Shown here piece by piece: positions 12,555 to 26,280 of a DNA stretch of 64,000 bases (positions within the stretch are counted from its first letter, which is position 1; every line of letters begins with the position of its first letter). The notes beneath the pieces were generated by a model, which did not search any database, was not told where the DNA came from, and was given only the letters and a program-made list of their open reading frames with translations. The position numbers and the translations under genes are program-made. Source of the stretch: Raillietiella orientalis (Eukaryota); NCBI GenBank assembly GCA_036172245.1, contig JAYWIR010000001.1, forward strand, positions 6,324,001 to 6,388,000. Direction: 5' to 3'.

Positions 12555-15500
12555 TCAATGACTCTCTTCCTCCTGCAAAAGTCCAAACATGTTGGTAGAA
12601 GTATAGTTCTAAGCTAGCATAAGCCTCACAGTACAGATCAAAAAGTACGCATTACCGGTATTTCTTTTTCTGCAACATAAGGTAAATGACGAGGTTTCTC
12701 CTCTGCAGGTGCTCCTCTTTGAGCCTTCCTTCCTGTACAGCGTCCAGCATGTGATGATCGATCTGCATCTTCCTGCTTGCGGTTAACACCACCACCATCA
12801 TCTTTATCTTTGTTCCGTACATTTGAACGCGCTGGATCGTCATTAGGTTTTTTTGATGCATGTGTACGAGAGCTGTCACGTTTGTCACCAGAAGAATGCT
12901 TTTTAGAGGCCTTTACAAAATAACAGATAATTATTTAAATCATAATTCTCTTACCTCAGGTGACTTTGGCTGACTTGTGCGTGAGCTTCCTGATGAGGAA
13001 GTCTCTTTATGATTCTTTGGATGTGAACTCTGTGTCTTATTTGGACCAGATGCACCTCCTTCTTTTGCTGATTTCTTCTCCTCTTCTTTGTTTGATGGTC
13101 CTGCTGTGCTGCCTTGTGGGGTGGACTGTTTCTTAATCAGTAATGCGCACACACTTTCCACATTCCTACCTCTAAACGCACAGACGACTTTGCAGCAGAA
13201 CTACTATCTGGCAATGCTGCCTGCCCCTCACTTGGAAATCGATTTTGCAATTTATTGGCTCCAGGCATCAAAGGAGGTAATTCATCGCCCACACTTGTGG
13301 TGACACAAACTCGGGATGAGTCAACATAATGAGTTCTTTTTTCCTTGTCTTCATGAAGATTCCTTGCATTATCATCTGCAAGGTGCCAGTTTTGCCAATC
13401 CCTTGCTATGCGTAGCTCTATTTCTCGCTCCCTTTGTGCTGTGTCCACTGGCTTGGCTCCACCAAAAATAGCAGAACTTTTAACAGATACTTCCTCATTT
13501 ACATCAGTGGCATTAGTAGAACGTGGCTGGATCATAAGACGTGGTCTTTCTCGAGTCTCTGATTTTACAGAACCTGTGCATATACAAAGAACAGACTCAA
13601 TAAATGCAACAGCTAGATAAAAAAATTTTTAAATACGAAGTTTAGTTGCTCAGTAACTAAAGTCAAGAAGTGCAGCAAGCTTACGCACCAGTTGTGGAAT
13701 TATCTCTGGGTGGTCTGTTAAATTCCTGACTGGAACGCCCTCTGGATCCGAAGTCTGGTTCTTTACGCCACCTACCATCACCTTCTTGAGAAGTACAATT
13801 TTCCCCATGACTGCTCTGCCAAATACCATTATGTTCTCCATCATCCAGTGCATCTTGCCTCCGACCAGAAGCAAACCTGCGAGCAAAACCTCGTCCTGAA
13901 GGCTCCCTTCTTTCCTCAGTAAATCTCCTTCTGGGTTCTCCAGATCCCCAAGTCTCACTACGGTTCTGATCTGCCTGTCTCCAACTTGAATCTGGGCCTA
14001 AGTACATGCATTATGCCAATAAGATTCCCCCCAAAATGCTGCAGAACTAACCTTTCGATGGAAAGCGGTTTCCTGAAAAATTGTATCCATTTTTCGATTC
14101 CAATCCTGTTGAAAAACACTGAGCACTATATATCTTTCTTTGCTTACCATTATGCTGCTGAGAGTCATCGGTACTGCGCCAATCTTTCTGCAAGACGCGT
14201 TCTTCGGTTAAATCCCGACGGCGGCGATCACTACTCTGCATGCTCTCATTTTCATAACCTGCCAGATTCACTCTGATCTGACGATTTTTCAGATTCTTAA
14301 AAAAAAATATTCAGATACCAATAGAAAAACAGTTATAATGTTAACCTGATTGGTCTTTGATAGACCCTCTAGCAAATCCTGTCTATTTGCAAATTCCACA
14401 TATCCGTATCCTTTAAGCCTTCCAGTTTCTCCCTGTTCTCTAGGAAGTATAACCTTCTCAATCTAATAAGCAGTTCTGAAACTGTTACTCAGTAGGGTAT
14501 GAACACCTTCAATCCTTTGAAAAATGATTGTACATCTAAGTGGTTTGAATCATAAGGCAAATTTTCTATGTAGGCTGTGAATGGAGGCTGAGTAGGAACA
14601 CGACTTAAATCAATATCAGGACCTCTTGCAGCTCGGGGTGCAGTTGGTAAAAGCAATGCTTCTGTTTTACGTGGAATGTCAGATAAATCATCTACATAAT
14701 ATCTCAGAATTGGATTCTAACAATCAAACTTGCTCTTACCCATTTCTTCCATTTCATCAGCCCAAGAGGAAAATTTTTTGGGAGCCATAACAATGGCTTT
14801 CCCTGCTTCAGGAGCAGCAGAGCCATCAGCCAAAAACTCATTTAAAGCTAATGTTTTCCCCTTTGTTTTTTTGTTTTTTCTTCCTGAAATACACTTCCTA
14901 TGTGTTTTGCTACCTAAATTTTTTTGTTCTGAATGCATAATCCTAGCTCGCATTTCTCAGTGATTAGAATTGATATGTTCTGAATGTTAATTCTAACTGA
15001 AAGTGCATGCAAAACCGAGGTGTTGAAACTGGGATATTATATTTTGTATTGCAAGAATGCAATGTATTTAAAAAACAAAACAGATGAAAAGCAAATAAGC
15101 AGGCAAAAAAAAAACTTTTTCCACACTCAAATCTGCATAAACTGCAATATTTTGCAAAATCTACTACAGAAGATCTATTGTAGCTACAATTCAGGAGCTT
15201 CACAGGCATAGGGAGAACAAGTTGCTTAGCAGATACAACTACTTTGCTGGAAAGTGAACCATCATTCCATGTCATTCAATATTGCATCCAACTAACACAG
15301 TGACGTTATTTTAGAAATACCTCAAGAAAAATTTGGTGATAGAATGCTTTGTTAATCAGAATACATAATCAATCTCTTGAGGGGCTTGATACCAATCAAT
15401 CCGTAATCGAATTTTTCCAGAAATTTAGACTTTGTGAATTCATATCCAAATGGTTGGTTTAAATGAGAAACTCTTTGAGTTGTAATACTAACACAAGAAA

Positions 15501-17262
15501 ATCACCAATATCAAAAATACAAAGGAATAATAATGCTTAAGGAATCATTTAGCTTTCAACCCTGTAATCCTTTTCCTCAGTAGTTAGAAAACATATGTAA
15601 ACATTACGGTACACAAAGATGCTCACATATGTATAAAAACAACTCCATAAAAGCTAAAAAAATCATTTTACTTGGTTACATAAAAATAGAAGTACAGTCC
15701 TCTAAAAGTTCCCAAGTTCAAGAAAACAAACTCTCAGGGCATTATAAGAAAGCCACTTCATTGAAACAAAAAAAACTTAAGAAAAATTTTTTACAAATCT
15801 GATGACAGATAAAATTAATTAAACTCTGAATCCAATGATTTATTAATGAAATGGAAAATAAATAAAAATGTACTTCACATTCTCTTAATATAATAATCTG
15901 CTACTGCATGAGTGTTATTATTGCTGACAGTAAATCTCATTTAACAGGATATATGTCATACTACATAGTCTTTCAGTATGATGCACATCTATACAGTGAA
16001 TGTTAGCTCTGATGCATATTAAACATAAAGACTCCAGCACAAGAAAAACCTTATGATACACCTTACAACTAATATTGCCTATAAATGCCAAACTTATGCA
16101 GGTAAAATGAACTGCTATCACATATACCATCAATTATGGAGGGGGCGGGGAATGGGCAAAGGACCTTATAATGGTGGGAAAGCATTGTGCATTTCATTTG
16201 CACCGTAGTATCTTAGAAAATTCAATTGTGAACAGTCAAAAAACAAAATAATTGATTAGATGCATTTCTAATAGAAAGAAGTACTATTTAAAAAAAAATG
16301 CCTCTCTGAAATCTATGTAAAAAAAAAAAAAATTAACGCACACGACATCTTGGATACCATTTTGTTGAAGACACGACAACATCCATCTGCAACTGTGGAG
16401 TTACCTAGACAATGTGCTAATACATAAATTGTAAAATATCATTTATTGTAAATGGAAAATATTTTAAAAATTAATGAGATCTATCTAAATCATCAACAAG
16501 GAGATTGAAAAAAACAAATATACGACTGTCAACCAAAATATCACCTTTTGATGGGGCACAGAAACTGTACTGAGTACGAAAGATACGAAATTTCATCAGA
16601 CTCTTTAAAAACATTTAGAACTACCATGAAAACATATGTTGAAAAAAGTGACATGACATAATACACGGTATATGCACTACTAAACAAAGCTCTCCTCCAA
16701 AAAAGGAAAACCTATAAAACCTATAACCTCTCCCCCCAAAATTAATTGCAAGACAAGTTTAACCGTTTTACTTCCCTAATTCTGTTATCAAACATTTTCC
16801 TATTATGCATGGATTAAAGCTACAAAGTTATCTTATCATTAATCATTATCTTTCAAGCTCCTGCTGATTAACACTCCACAACAACATTACTGCAAGCACG
16901 TTGGATCAGATGCACCTCCTCCTTTTGCTGTGCAGCGATTAACACATCAATCTTAACACTAAATCCACAAATTACAGGAGCATTACAATACTTTCAATCA
17001 TATATACACATATGGAAAATGGCATGCTGTAAATAGGTGATCTGAAATTTCCTGTTTCCAAAAAATATAACAACCTGTTACAACATTGAATTCTAGCAAA
17101 TCATATTGTGAATACATTTCCCTTATGATGGTAGACTACGAATTAACAACTACCGCATGCATTCTAAGTAAAAAAATAGAACTCATTCAAGGGACTCAAC
17201 TACTGACTATTAATTCAAACTTTAGAATTACATAAAAGTGCACATTTACCTGTTGATGACAT
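12555..17262 (-). CDS. eIF4B: Eukaryotic translation initiation factor 4B (11 coding exons, 619 aa)
   Basis: Exons 17262-17250, 14883-14740, 14691-14507, 14462-14346, 14295-14148, 14105-14052, 13997-13689, 13573-13170, 13131-12955, 12910-12656 and 12608-12555; all GT-AG and phase-consistent. Hallmarks: KKTKGKTLALNEFL, SWADE, LPTAPRAAR, RRM (PPFTAYIENLPYD...KGYGYVEF), RPRLMIQPRS and IFGGAKPVDTAQRERE. Confidence 0.93.
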
Positions 17263-17556
17263 TTTAACGATGTACACAAATCAGATCATAATTTGTTTAC
17301 ACATGAAGATAAATAGCACCAAACTTAGTCCTGTTTTCGTAAAGTTGAATTTTAAGCACAACACTCGACCATATTCGTACACAACACTGCATCATATCAA
17401 CGAATCATTTCTGTATGCCTTTTGCTAAAGGTACGTACGCTTGCAGATGGAACATCAGTGGGGGCACTATATGACTCGTTTCATTTCAGTATACCTATTA
17501 CTTTTCAAAGATCACACGAACATTTCACTTCTGAAACACGTTTACTAACTACCTTT

Positions 17557-17571
17557 GCGGAAATGACGTCA
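17557..17571. promoter_or_regulatory. ETS-CRE composite motif at the eIF4B 5' end
   Basis: GCGGAAATGACGTCA, ~300 bp upstream of the eIF4B ATG and next to a minus-strand donor-like site (~17551). Confidence 0.5.
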
Positions 17572-19689
17572 TATCTCTAGCCTGGATCACTTTAATGAAT
17601 TTTAGTTGTGGATGTTTTATTCCGGTATGGTCCTGATTACGCTTCCAAAGAACTACTTCTCGAAAAATATCTCAAATTTCATAAAAAAGAAACTTCGAAT
17701 TTTTGAGGGAAACCAATAATCTTCTCGGTGCGACAAACTTTGTGACTGCTGAAGACCTCTGAATAAAAAGCTCTTTGATAGGTGATTGAGTCACCCCAGG
17801 GATCGTAAAACCAATTGCTCGATTTTCAATACAAAATGAATTTTTTATCTGTATGTATATCATACAGTAATATCCCACAGCAATTAGGAGCACTTTGGAG
17901 AATGCTATAATTAAAAGTTCTTTATTTTCTTGGCTTTTAACAAAGAGGAATTTCTGCAAATTCATAATTTTTTTCTTTTTTTTTTTTTTACTACAGAATG
18001 CCTTTTAAAAAATGGAAAACATATGATGCATCGATACAAATGCTTGAAAAACTTTCTATCGATAAGAATTTTGACCTACAACAAAAGGAATCCAATTATG
18101 CGTTGCTTTTATGTAATGTATAATAAGCATTTCTAAATTTGACGTTTTGGATTTTTTTTTGCTGCCTAATTACAAAAAAAAACATAAAGTAACTAGTGAA
18201 ATCAAAAATGATGGCCCAAAAAGCAAAAACTTTTTGAAAAAACAATGGTTCTCCCATCATTCAATCTAAACTTATCGATTAAAATGGAATCTAAAATTAT
18301 CGAATTAGAATGGAAGATTCTTCACTTATATTCATCCTTGGTAATTTAATATTCATTTATGAGAAAAAAAGTAAAAGTAAATACTGTATTGCAAAACTTG
18401 TTAGAACTTTTGAAGAGTAAACACAAATAATCAAAAATTTAAGACTTCGAACAAATAGATTGCTTTGTAATTCACTGCGGCGATATTTAGGGAAAAACGA
18501 TGGAATTAGTGTTCCAATCGTTAGTTAGCTTGAATACATTTACCAATCATGTTCACTGGATCATTTTAGAAGTTATAGAAAATTGGCAGTGAATTTTGAG
18601 TATCTTATAATCCTACTAAGTGCTCTGCATTTGACATATTTTATGAACTCATACTACATAAGACTTATCTCCACATTTCTTATATAAAATAAAGATTTGG
18701 GTATAGAAGATGATTTCAGGAAAAGAAAAAAAAATAGAAATTTGTGGAGGTATTTCCAAACTACCGTAGAGACATCAAATAGGCTTACAGATTTCCCAAT
18801 GACACTTTTTCTAATCAATAAATGAAATCTACTGCTATGAAAAATGCTTAATTCATCACTTTGACTTTGTATTCTTGTCGATTATCATGGTAAATAATTG
18901 TTTTTGTTCCATGAATCACTGGAAATCTGTGAGCTGATCCACTCGCATAGGAAAATGGAATCATCCGGACTGAGATATCATACTGAAAAAAAACTTCATT
19001 TCCCATAAAATCCTACTTATGGAGGTCATTTAGCTATCAATACAAAGCGCATACCTTCAAGTTTACCAAAACAGTGTTTTAAACTCTATGAGAGTGGCTG
19101 AATGTCTTGTTTTTTCCTTTAAATCTTTCTTCGCTTCCTATGATGATTTCACTGCATAATTCTTTCTCATTTATGTCTCTTCTATTGTGCATTTGATGAT
19201 GACGTATTTTCTATTTCTCTCCCCAGATAATATAGCCACAGTTCTTCGCGTGTTTTTTCCTTTCCTCTGTTCTGAAGTTCTCCTGTTCTTGCTTCAACTA
19301 GGGCATCAACGAGTAGCAGAAGGCGTTTGCATGGCTAGGACAACCCAGTTTATAGAAACGAGCAGTTCCATGACATATGCTGATCTCTCCAAAGCCAGGT
19401 AAACACGATGCCTTAATTAAAAGTAAACCAGGAAACCTTCCCTGACTAGTCGCAAGCAAGCGATCTGCATTGCAAAAAGACGGTTTCAGGTATGCTTTGC
19501 AGCTACTATCAAAGTACAAAAAGACCGTATTATTATCTTCTACTCATACATAACTGCGCTAAAGGAACAACCGGAAGATAGAAAACCGAAAAACCTTCGA
19601 TGTTTGCGCGTGCACGTAAACACTGTCGGCATTTCTGCAGCCAGTGTTTTTTTTTTTCTTTTGGAGTGAACCGTATCTAATGAAACCGG

Positions 19690-19800
19690 AAAGATCGTTC
19701 TCCCTGACGTGCAACCGTGGGCGCTTAACAAGGGCATGCAGCAGCAGCCACAGGTGCAGCAAGTGCCACTTAATGACCACTTCTGCGATCAGTTCGTTTG
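19690..19800 (+). mobile_element. Degenerate BEL/Pao-type gag Cys-His knuckle remnant
   Basis: TCNRGRLTRACSSSHRCSKCHL, then frameshifted HFCDQ, resembles the tandem CCHC knuckles of BEL/Pao gag. No LTRs or pol found. Confidence 0.3.
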
Positions 19801-22074
19801 CTCGAGGAAAAGGTGCCAAGGACCGTGTTTATGGAGACAGGGAATAATTTCTTGTTTGCTGAGCTTCAGGAACGACAGCGCGCAACCACATCAACAAAAT
19901 GAGACATCTTCAAACGGATCTTTTACACGTCCGATACGGGAAGGATTATTTGGCGATTAAGTCTCTGATTTAATCTTGTCCTTTCCTGCAAAGTTGTGAG
20001 GAGGAAACTGAAAACGATGATCCATGAATATTCACTAAGTAAAAGACTTGGCTGATGCTATCCGCATCACATCAGCTATGCTTCAGTTGAGAATAGTGAA
20101 ATGGGCTCTGCTCAAAACGCTGTCTGAGGAATTAAGGATTCCCGCAGAACTCTCACTATAAGACCCCTCCGTAATTCTAAAGTCTCAGCAAAAGAATGGC
20201 TTGGTTGATCGACAGCTTGTTATCACACAATTTGTAACAGTTTTTCATACAAGGGTAGTTATCAGTACAGAAAGTATACATTCATGGCGTACATTTCTTT
20301 TTGTTGTTAGCTCTCTCTTGAACCATTTTTTTTAGTGGATGCAGCCCAATATGCAAAGATTCAAATCACTGCTTTTTGGTCGTTGGTCTGGTCGTCTTTC
20401 CATTCTGCAAGACCCATGCACTTTATTCATTTCCAAGTATATGATCGGTTTGCTTGCACTTTGGGGTGGGTGTGATGCTTTGCTTTGAACTCGGGAGTAG
20501 CTTTCAGAAAATTCGAAGATTCCATACAGAATCACCCAACCTCGTATGAACCTAAAAATACGTTTGGAGGAATTCTGAAATCTTTCTTTGCACAATATTT
20601 GATCGTCTCTTAAAGCGATCATTCTACGAATGAATGACATCTAGAATTTCTTTACTTCAGATTCTTTATGACTTCTGAGAACATTCCCTTTCTCTTCTTT
20701 GATGCTGTAAAAGATCGTTTTATTCTCTGTTTCACAACAGGTTTTTTTTTCGAAAATCTGTCTTCGTTGGATTGCTTCTTCAACTCCTTCCATATAATGG
20801 AAGAGACATTCATGAAGGAAAAAAGACTAATAAAATAAAGATGCCAAATGGGCTTCGATTAGCAAAGATGGTATCCGGAACACAGAAGAATGGATGCATA
20901 GCTGTAAAGTGTTTCTTGGAATTCTCATTTTTCTGATCATACTCTTCCATGTTTGCTGTGTTCACTCCGTCCATTCAAAGTGAGTACATCAATCTGACTG
21001 CCAAGGAGATTTTTGGTATTTGTGATGATTTTTAACAGAAAACGCTTTTGTCACTTCTGGAATTTTTCGCCTTTGCTATTCGATTTTCTGTTGCTTTTAT
21101 GATCTGAGAATTGCACACCCGGATCTGGAGTTGGATTTCATCATACTCTCAATGTAGGGTAAAATTCGCGGATAAAGGAAACAAAAAATCCAAAACTCAA
21201 CTCAAGCTTAAGTTCATAGAGGTTTTAGAAAAACGTGCAAAGATTATATCTAACTTTCCACATACTTTGAAAAGCGATTGCAAAAATCCAAATCCGTTTC
21301 CTCTTATCAATGAATTATTTGAGATTGGCAACAGAATTCTTAAAACTCAGCATCACTGATTGGAACGAGTTGTCCATTCACTTGGAAATCAGCAAAATAT
21401 ATATTTGTAATACATCATTCTACTTTCGTATTGTGGCATCCAGGTCTCAAGTTTTGTTTTAGCCACTTCAGTAAAAGAGCTTTTCTTTTTGAAAAATTTT
21501 TTCATCCCGTTCAAATACTTTCCCGAAAACAATTCACTATGTCGTGACTTTGAGCAAAAAATTTCATTTGAATGCGAATCAATAACCCAGAAAATATGAT
21601 AACGAATATCAAAGAAGAAATTGAAGGAAACGTTCGATAAAGCCAAAGCATCTGACATTTTTCGAATGGTTATCCACATAATGATGGATCCTAAAGCCTT
21701 ATCTCTTGAGTGTTTGGATCAAACAATCAATCAATCAAAGATCAATCGAATTCCAAAGTGGAAATCTGTAGGGGAAACCCAATTACGAAGGTGAGATGAA
21801 TAGGCTCAAATCTCATACTTTCATGAAACTTATTGACAAGCACTTGGGCAGATCAAGTTGTGCATTTGGCAATGGTGGTGCATATCTTCACGTTTCGCAA
21901 AATCCTCCAGCATTGCAGGAGGGTATTGATGGAAAAAAAAAAGGCATAGGGAACTGCATGCACATGTCAATGCAATGTGATCCAACAACGGTGCCCTTAC
22001 TGAACAACACCTCAGACGGATTATTGAGCAGCAGGAACAAAGAGAACCTAAAGTTTGCAACAGCCACTCATCTA

Positions 22075-22656
22075 GTCTCCCCGAACTGCAAAAGGTGCGG
22101 GGAAGTGGAAACGCTCCCCCATCTGCTCCTGGACTGCGGTGTTCTCCAAGGACTCTGGCCGAGGCTGACCTCGGTTCTCCTGCACCAGGGGGACACCGCA
22201 AGAGACTTGATGCGCCGCTTCTTCACGCCAGGAGACCTGTCCTTAGGTGCTGTTATTGCAACGGTCTGCTGCAGCCGCGCCATCGACAAGGCCCACCGAA
22301 AGCTGGAGAAGCTGGCCATTCTTCCTCAGCCCACTGGAATAGCTGGCGTGAACATGGCGTCGGCTGCCGAGTGGACCCATCTTCCGGAAGACGTGGGGAG
22401 CGAAATCTCCGGCATCCACCGCCGGTTCTGAAGGAAAGGAACGGCCGAAACCAAAGACCCCCGTCCCCTCCCCTCCCCATATCTTTATTTATGTTTTTTT
22501 ATATGTGTATTTGTGGTCCCCTCTCTCGCGTTCCGGACTTTCGGTTTACGGACCTGCGTGTCGGGGATCCCCCCCTTCGTTTCTTCTGTGTCCTTTGTCC
22601 GGGAACTCTGTCCCTGGATAGTTTAGAAATAAACGCCCCGGCGCATTCGGGTGAGA
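22075..22656 (+). mobile_element. 5'-truncated non-LTR retrotransposon (L1/Tx1-like ORF2 C-terminus), copy A
   Basis: GC-rich insert in AT-rich DNA. Encodes the zf-RVT motif PNCKRCGEVETLPHLLLDC...W and stops at 22431. The 3' end is AATAAACGCCCCGGCGCATTCGGGTGAGA. A perfect 16-bp TSD, AACAGCCACTCATCTA, lies at 22059-22074 and 22657-22672. Confidence 0.88.
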
Positions 22657-25600
22657 AACAGCCACTCATCTAAAGGAGCGAGAAATCATTCACTTTGTAA
22701 GCATATTCGTCTTGTTCGGAATTCTTTACTTCAGATTTTCAATGAAATCTGATCGAAGATTGTCAGAGAGCAAATTTGCACTTGAGTCTGAATGAATGAC
22801 GCTACAACTCTCCACTAGATTTTCTTGGATATTTTGAACACGTATTCATCTACAGTCAGTTACAAGCAGAGGATAGCTCTTCGAAGGAGATTACGAAAAA
22901 AATGAAATCTCGTTCTGAACATGTGGACCAATTTGCCTTTGTCCTTGCAATAGCAGTACAAGGAAACCACGCTTAGTTAAAAGAACTTGTGCATCACGTC
23001 AAATCCTCGTCTTTGCTTGTTGTTTCCTCTTTGCTCTGCAAATACGCCTCTGATACTTCGAAGGAAGTCGCAATGATCACCCTATAAAATGGTCTTCTCC
23101 CTTTCCTTCGTCTGTCTTAGCAATATACGATTCATCAGGAACAATATTGCATGTGAAACGTTCGATCTATTTTGAATATGTAGAGTTAAGTCGGTTCCCA
23201 TTAGTTTACAATTATCTTCCATGTATTAAGTAAGAATAGCAGATTACAGGGAAGTCAAACTTTTCATATTTATCACGAGCTCTGATCAAAGTGAAGCAAT
23301 ATCGATCATATCATTTTCTGCATAATCCATAGAATAAAAATACTAGGAAAATTCTATTGCAAGTGTAGAAAATTTCCATTTCGAAATCGATTTCTGACTT
23401 GGTTTGGTACTGAGAGGCTGCACGATCAGTCGGTCCTCTTGAGTTTTGAACGAATAATTATGATTCGCTGTGTTCAAATTAAATATAACAATCTATATGG
23501 AAACAGAAGTCTTCATAATCCTTTTATCTATATCCTGCTGGCATTTTATGTCAAAAAAGTCAGATAGCCCTTTATTTTCTATAACATTATTTTACATATA
23601 TGTATATATATATGCGTGTTTTATACGTAGTTACTTGCGAAAGCTTTTGTAAATGCAGATTGCATTCTTCTCCGAGATAAATTTCTCATATTTTGTAACC
23701 GATTAGCAGTAAAGATTATGAGTGTTGAATTTCTAGATAGGTAGCGAAATGCTTGTTGATTCTTCATTGTATGTGAATCGCTAGAAATGATGAATGTCCC
23801 TAAAGAAAAACAAATAATGATGAAAGAAACGATGAAGCAAATATAAGAATCCAGTTTTTAGTTTCCTCGATTTATTGGCATTAGTCGCTTTATATACTTA
23901 AGTAAAAGTTATGAGCAAATGGGGTCAATAACAATTTAAATAAATGGAAAATATGAGATCAGCGATTCTAGATTCCATCTCTATCTGCAAAGCTTTGCTT
24001 TTCAGCTTAGAATGCTGATAACTGTAACATAATGCAGTCAGTACAATTCACAAATAAGAAATACTCATTGCATGAATGATACGAGAAAAAGCAAGCGGAA
24101 TATTAGAAATAAATGTGACGAATTGAAAACTTCTCGAATGTTCAAGAATTTCAAGATATCGCAACCCAATACCCAAAGAGTTACATTCTTTTTCTTATTC
24201 TTATTAGTAAGGAATTAGTCAAGTTCTTCTATATCAGAACATGATTTATAGAATAAGAAAATTCCTGAAAACGCAAGTGCATATGTTTTTCCTACCTAAT
24301 TAATAACAAAGGTACTTGTAGATGATATCTGAAATTCATATTTCCAATCATACGAACATTAGAAACATAGGATCGTTGCATTTACCCGTTTTTAAGATGA
24401 TCATTGATCAAGCATTTCAAGTATTATTAGCATCTAGTGAATGTTTTAATTTCATTTAAATAATGAATTCCCTAGTGAAAAATTGTCCATTTCTTCGTAT
24501 CATAGATTCCCTTATTTAGGTGCTAGTCAGTTTCCATAAAAAATCTTCATTTTATGTCACTGTTGTGGCTTAATTTGTTCCCTGCTTACACTTGTTCCCT
24601 TTTTAGTGGTAATTCAATGCACTTAGTTTGGATCAAACAAAAAAGTCCATTAACTCTTCAAAATGTTCGGTAAATTATAATGTGTTCTTGATCACCTTTA
24701 CAGTTTTGGAACTCTCTAAAGAGTGATAGTGTATTTCGTACTCCAACTAGACAAGTAAGCGATAGATAATTAATTCAATTTCACTAATCCTTTCTTAACG
24801 ATCAATTCAACTATTTGGCCTACTTTCCTTTCTAAGATTGTAGTTTCCAAATGATTTGTGTTCTACTGATGTTATGCAAATATATTTTGTTTGATTCATT
24901 GCATACATTTGTACTGATTTTATTTTTCGTTCACAATGGGAATATTTGAGAAAGTTGAAGGATTACGTTAGCCGTGTCTAAAATAAATTTGAATTGCTTT
25001 TAAATTCCAAGAATTTTCAGTTTGATTTGTATAACTTGAGTTTTGCCTTTACCTTGAAAAAAATAGAATGCCTTCTACTAAACAAGGCATATTAGGACTA
25101 CGGTTTATGACATTTAAGTGTTATCGGAAACATTGGAAACTGTATTTAATTATTTCATTGTAAGTACTGTTTATTTTAACAATGGATCCCGCAATAGTAA
25201 CTTTTTACAAAGTCTCTTTTAGTGAGAATATCGCACGACGAATATGGTTACTTTATGTGTATGCAATATTGCGTATTCAATTGTGCAAATGGTATTGGGA
25301 AAATTTTCACAAGTAATTTGGCAATCGTGGAAGTGCTAACGATTTTTCCCTTCCAAAATAATTGCATGTTAGCATCATATCTTCAGGTACAGAAGCCGCA
25401 TCCTGATATGTATGCGTATTTACATGTTCATCACTGATAAATCAGGTACCCTTCAAAAAGTAAAAATAAGTTTCAACTAACTGTAATTCTCTTGATTAGA
25501 AATTTCCTAGTGATCATACCTGGATTCATTTGTTTTTATTTCATTTCCTCATAAAAGCAATCAGTCTTTCTGAAGAAATCGTTAAGCAGATGTAACTTTG

Positions 25601-26280
25601 GCAGTAAATGCTCGACTAAAGTGTATGGGGATAAATTACCTGCTGCATTATGTATAAGAACGTACAATTTTCTTACATTTGTGATGGCATAATCTGAAAG
25701 TTATCAACACTAAAGAGGAGTCAACTCTCCTAGTCTCATACGCAGAAATCCTTATTTATTTCATTGAAAAGCAACATATTCAAACACTGTGAGGCACAAT
25801 TTGATTTTCAGCGATAATTTTTGTTTTGATGAGTTCATGTGACCTTTGGAAAAGTTCATGTTTTGGTTCAATTGGTAGAAACTAGATTTGTCTTGAAAAG
25901 ATTTAAACAGAAATTTTGGAAGAGCACAATAATATGGGTGCTTCACAATATTGAAAAACAAAAAAAAAGAAGCTTTTTGACTGTGTGGGGACATTCAGCA
26001 CATTTCCGTGCAGTATTTCACAGGATTTAGTAAAAACAAAATATCCCCAATACAATTTTTTTTTATTTTAAAATATAAATCTGATATAAGTGATTACTTG
26101 CTGGATGATATGTTTCTTTCCCCAAAAAGAAAAATGTCATATCTAGTCACCAATGCCCACCATGATGACAGTCTATGCAGATTGATCTCTATCTTACAGA
26201 CACCTTTAATGGTGGAGCTAAGATAATGGATGTTATAAATAATTCTGTGCATCACTGAACCTACACAGTACTTGATTTGA

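Noticed and set aside
21830-21930. hAT CxxH motif (HHCQMHNL, minus strand)
   Set aside because: Too short, and no other hAT motifs were found nearby.
21796-22431. 211-aa ORF as a host gene
   Set aside because: It is a chance read-through from flanking DNA across the TSD into the retrotransposon ORF2 remnant.
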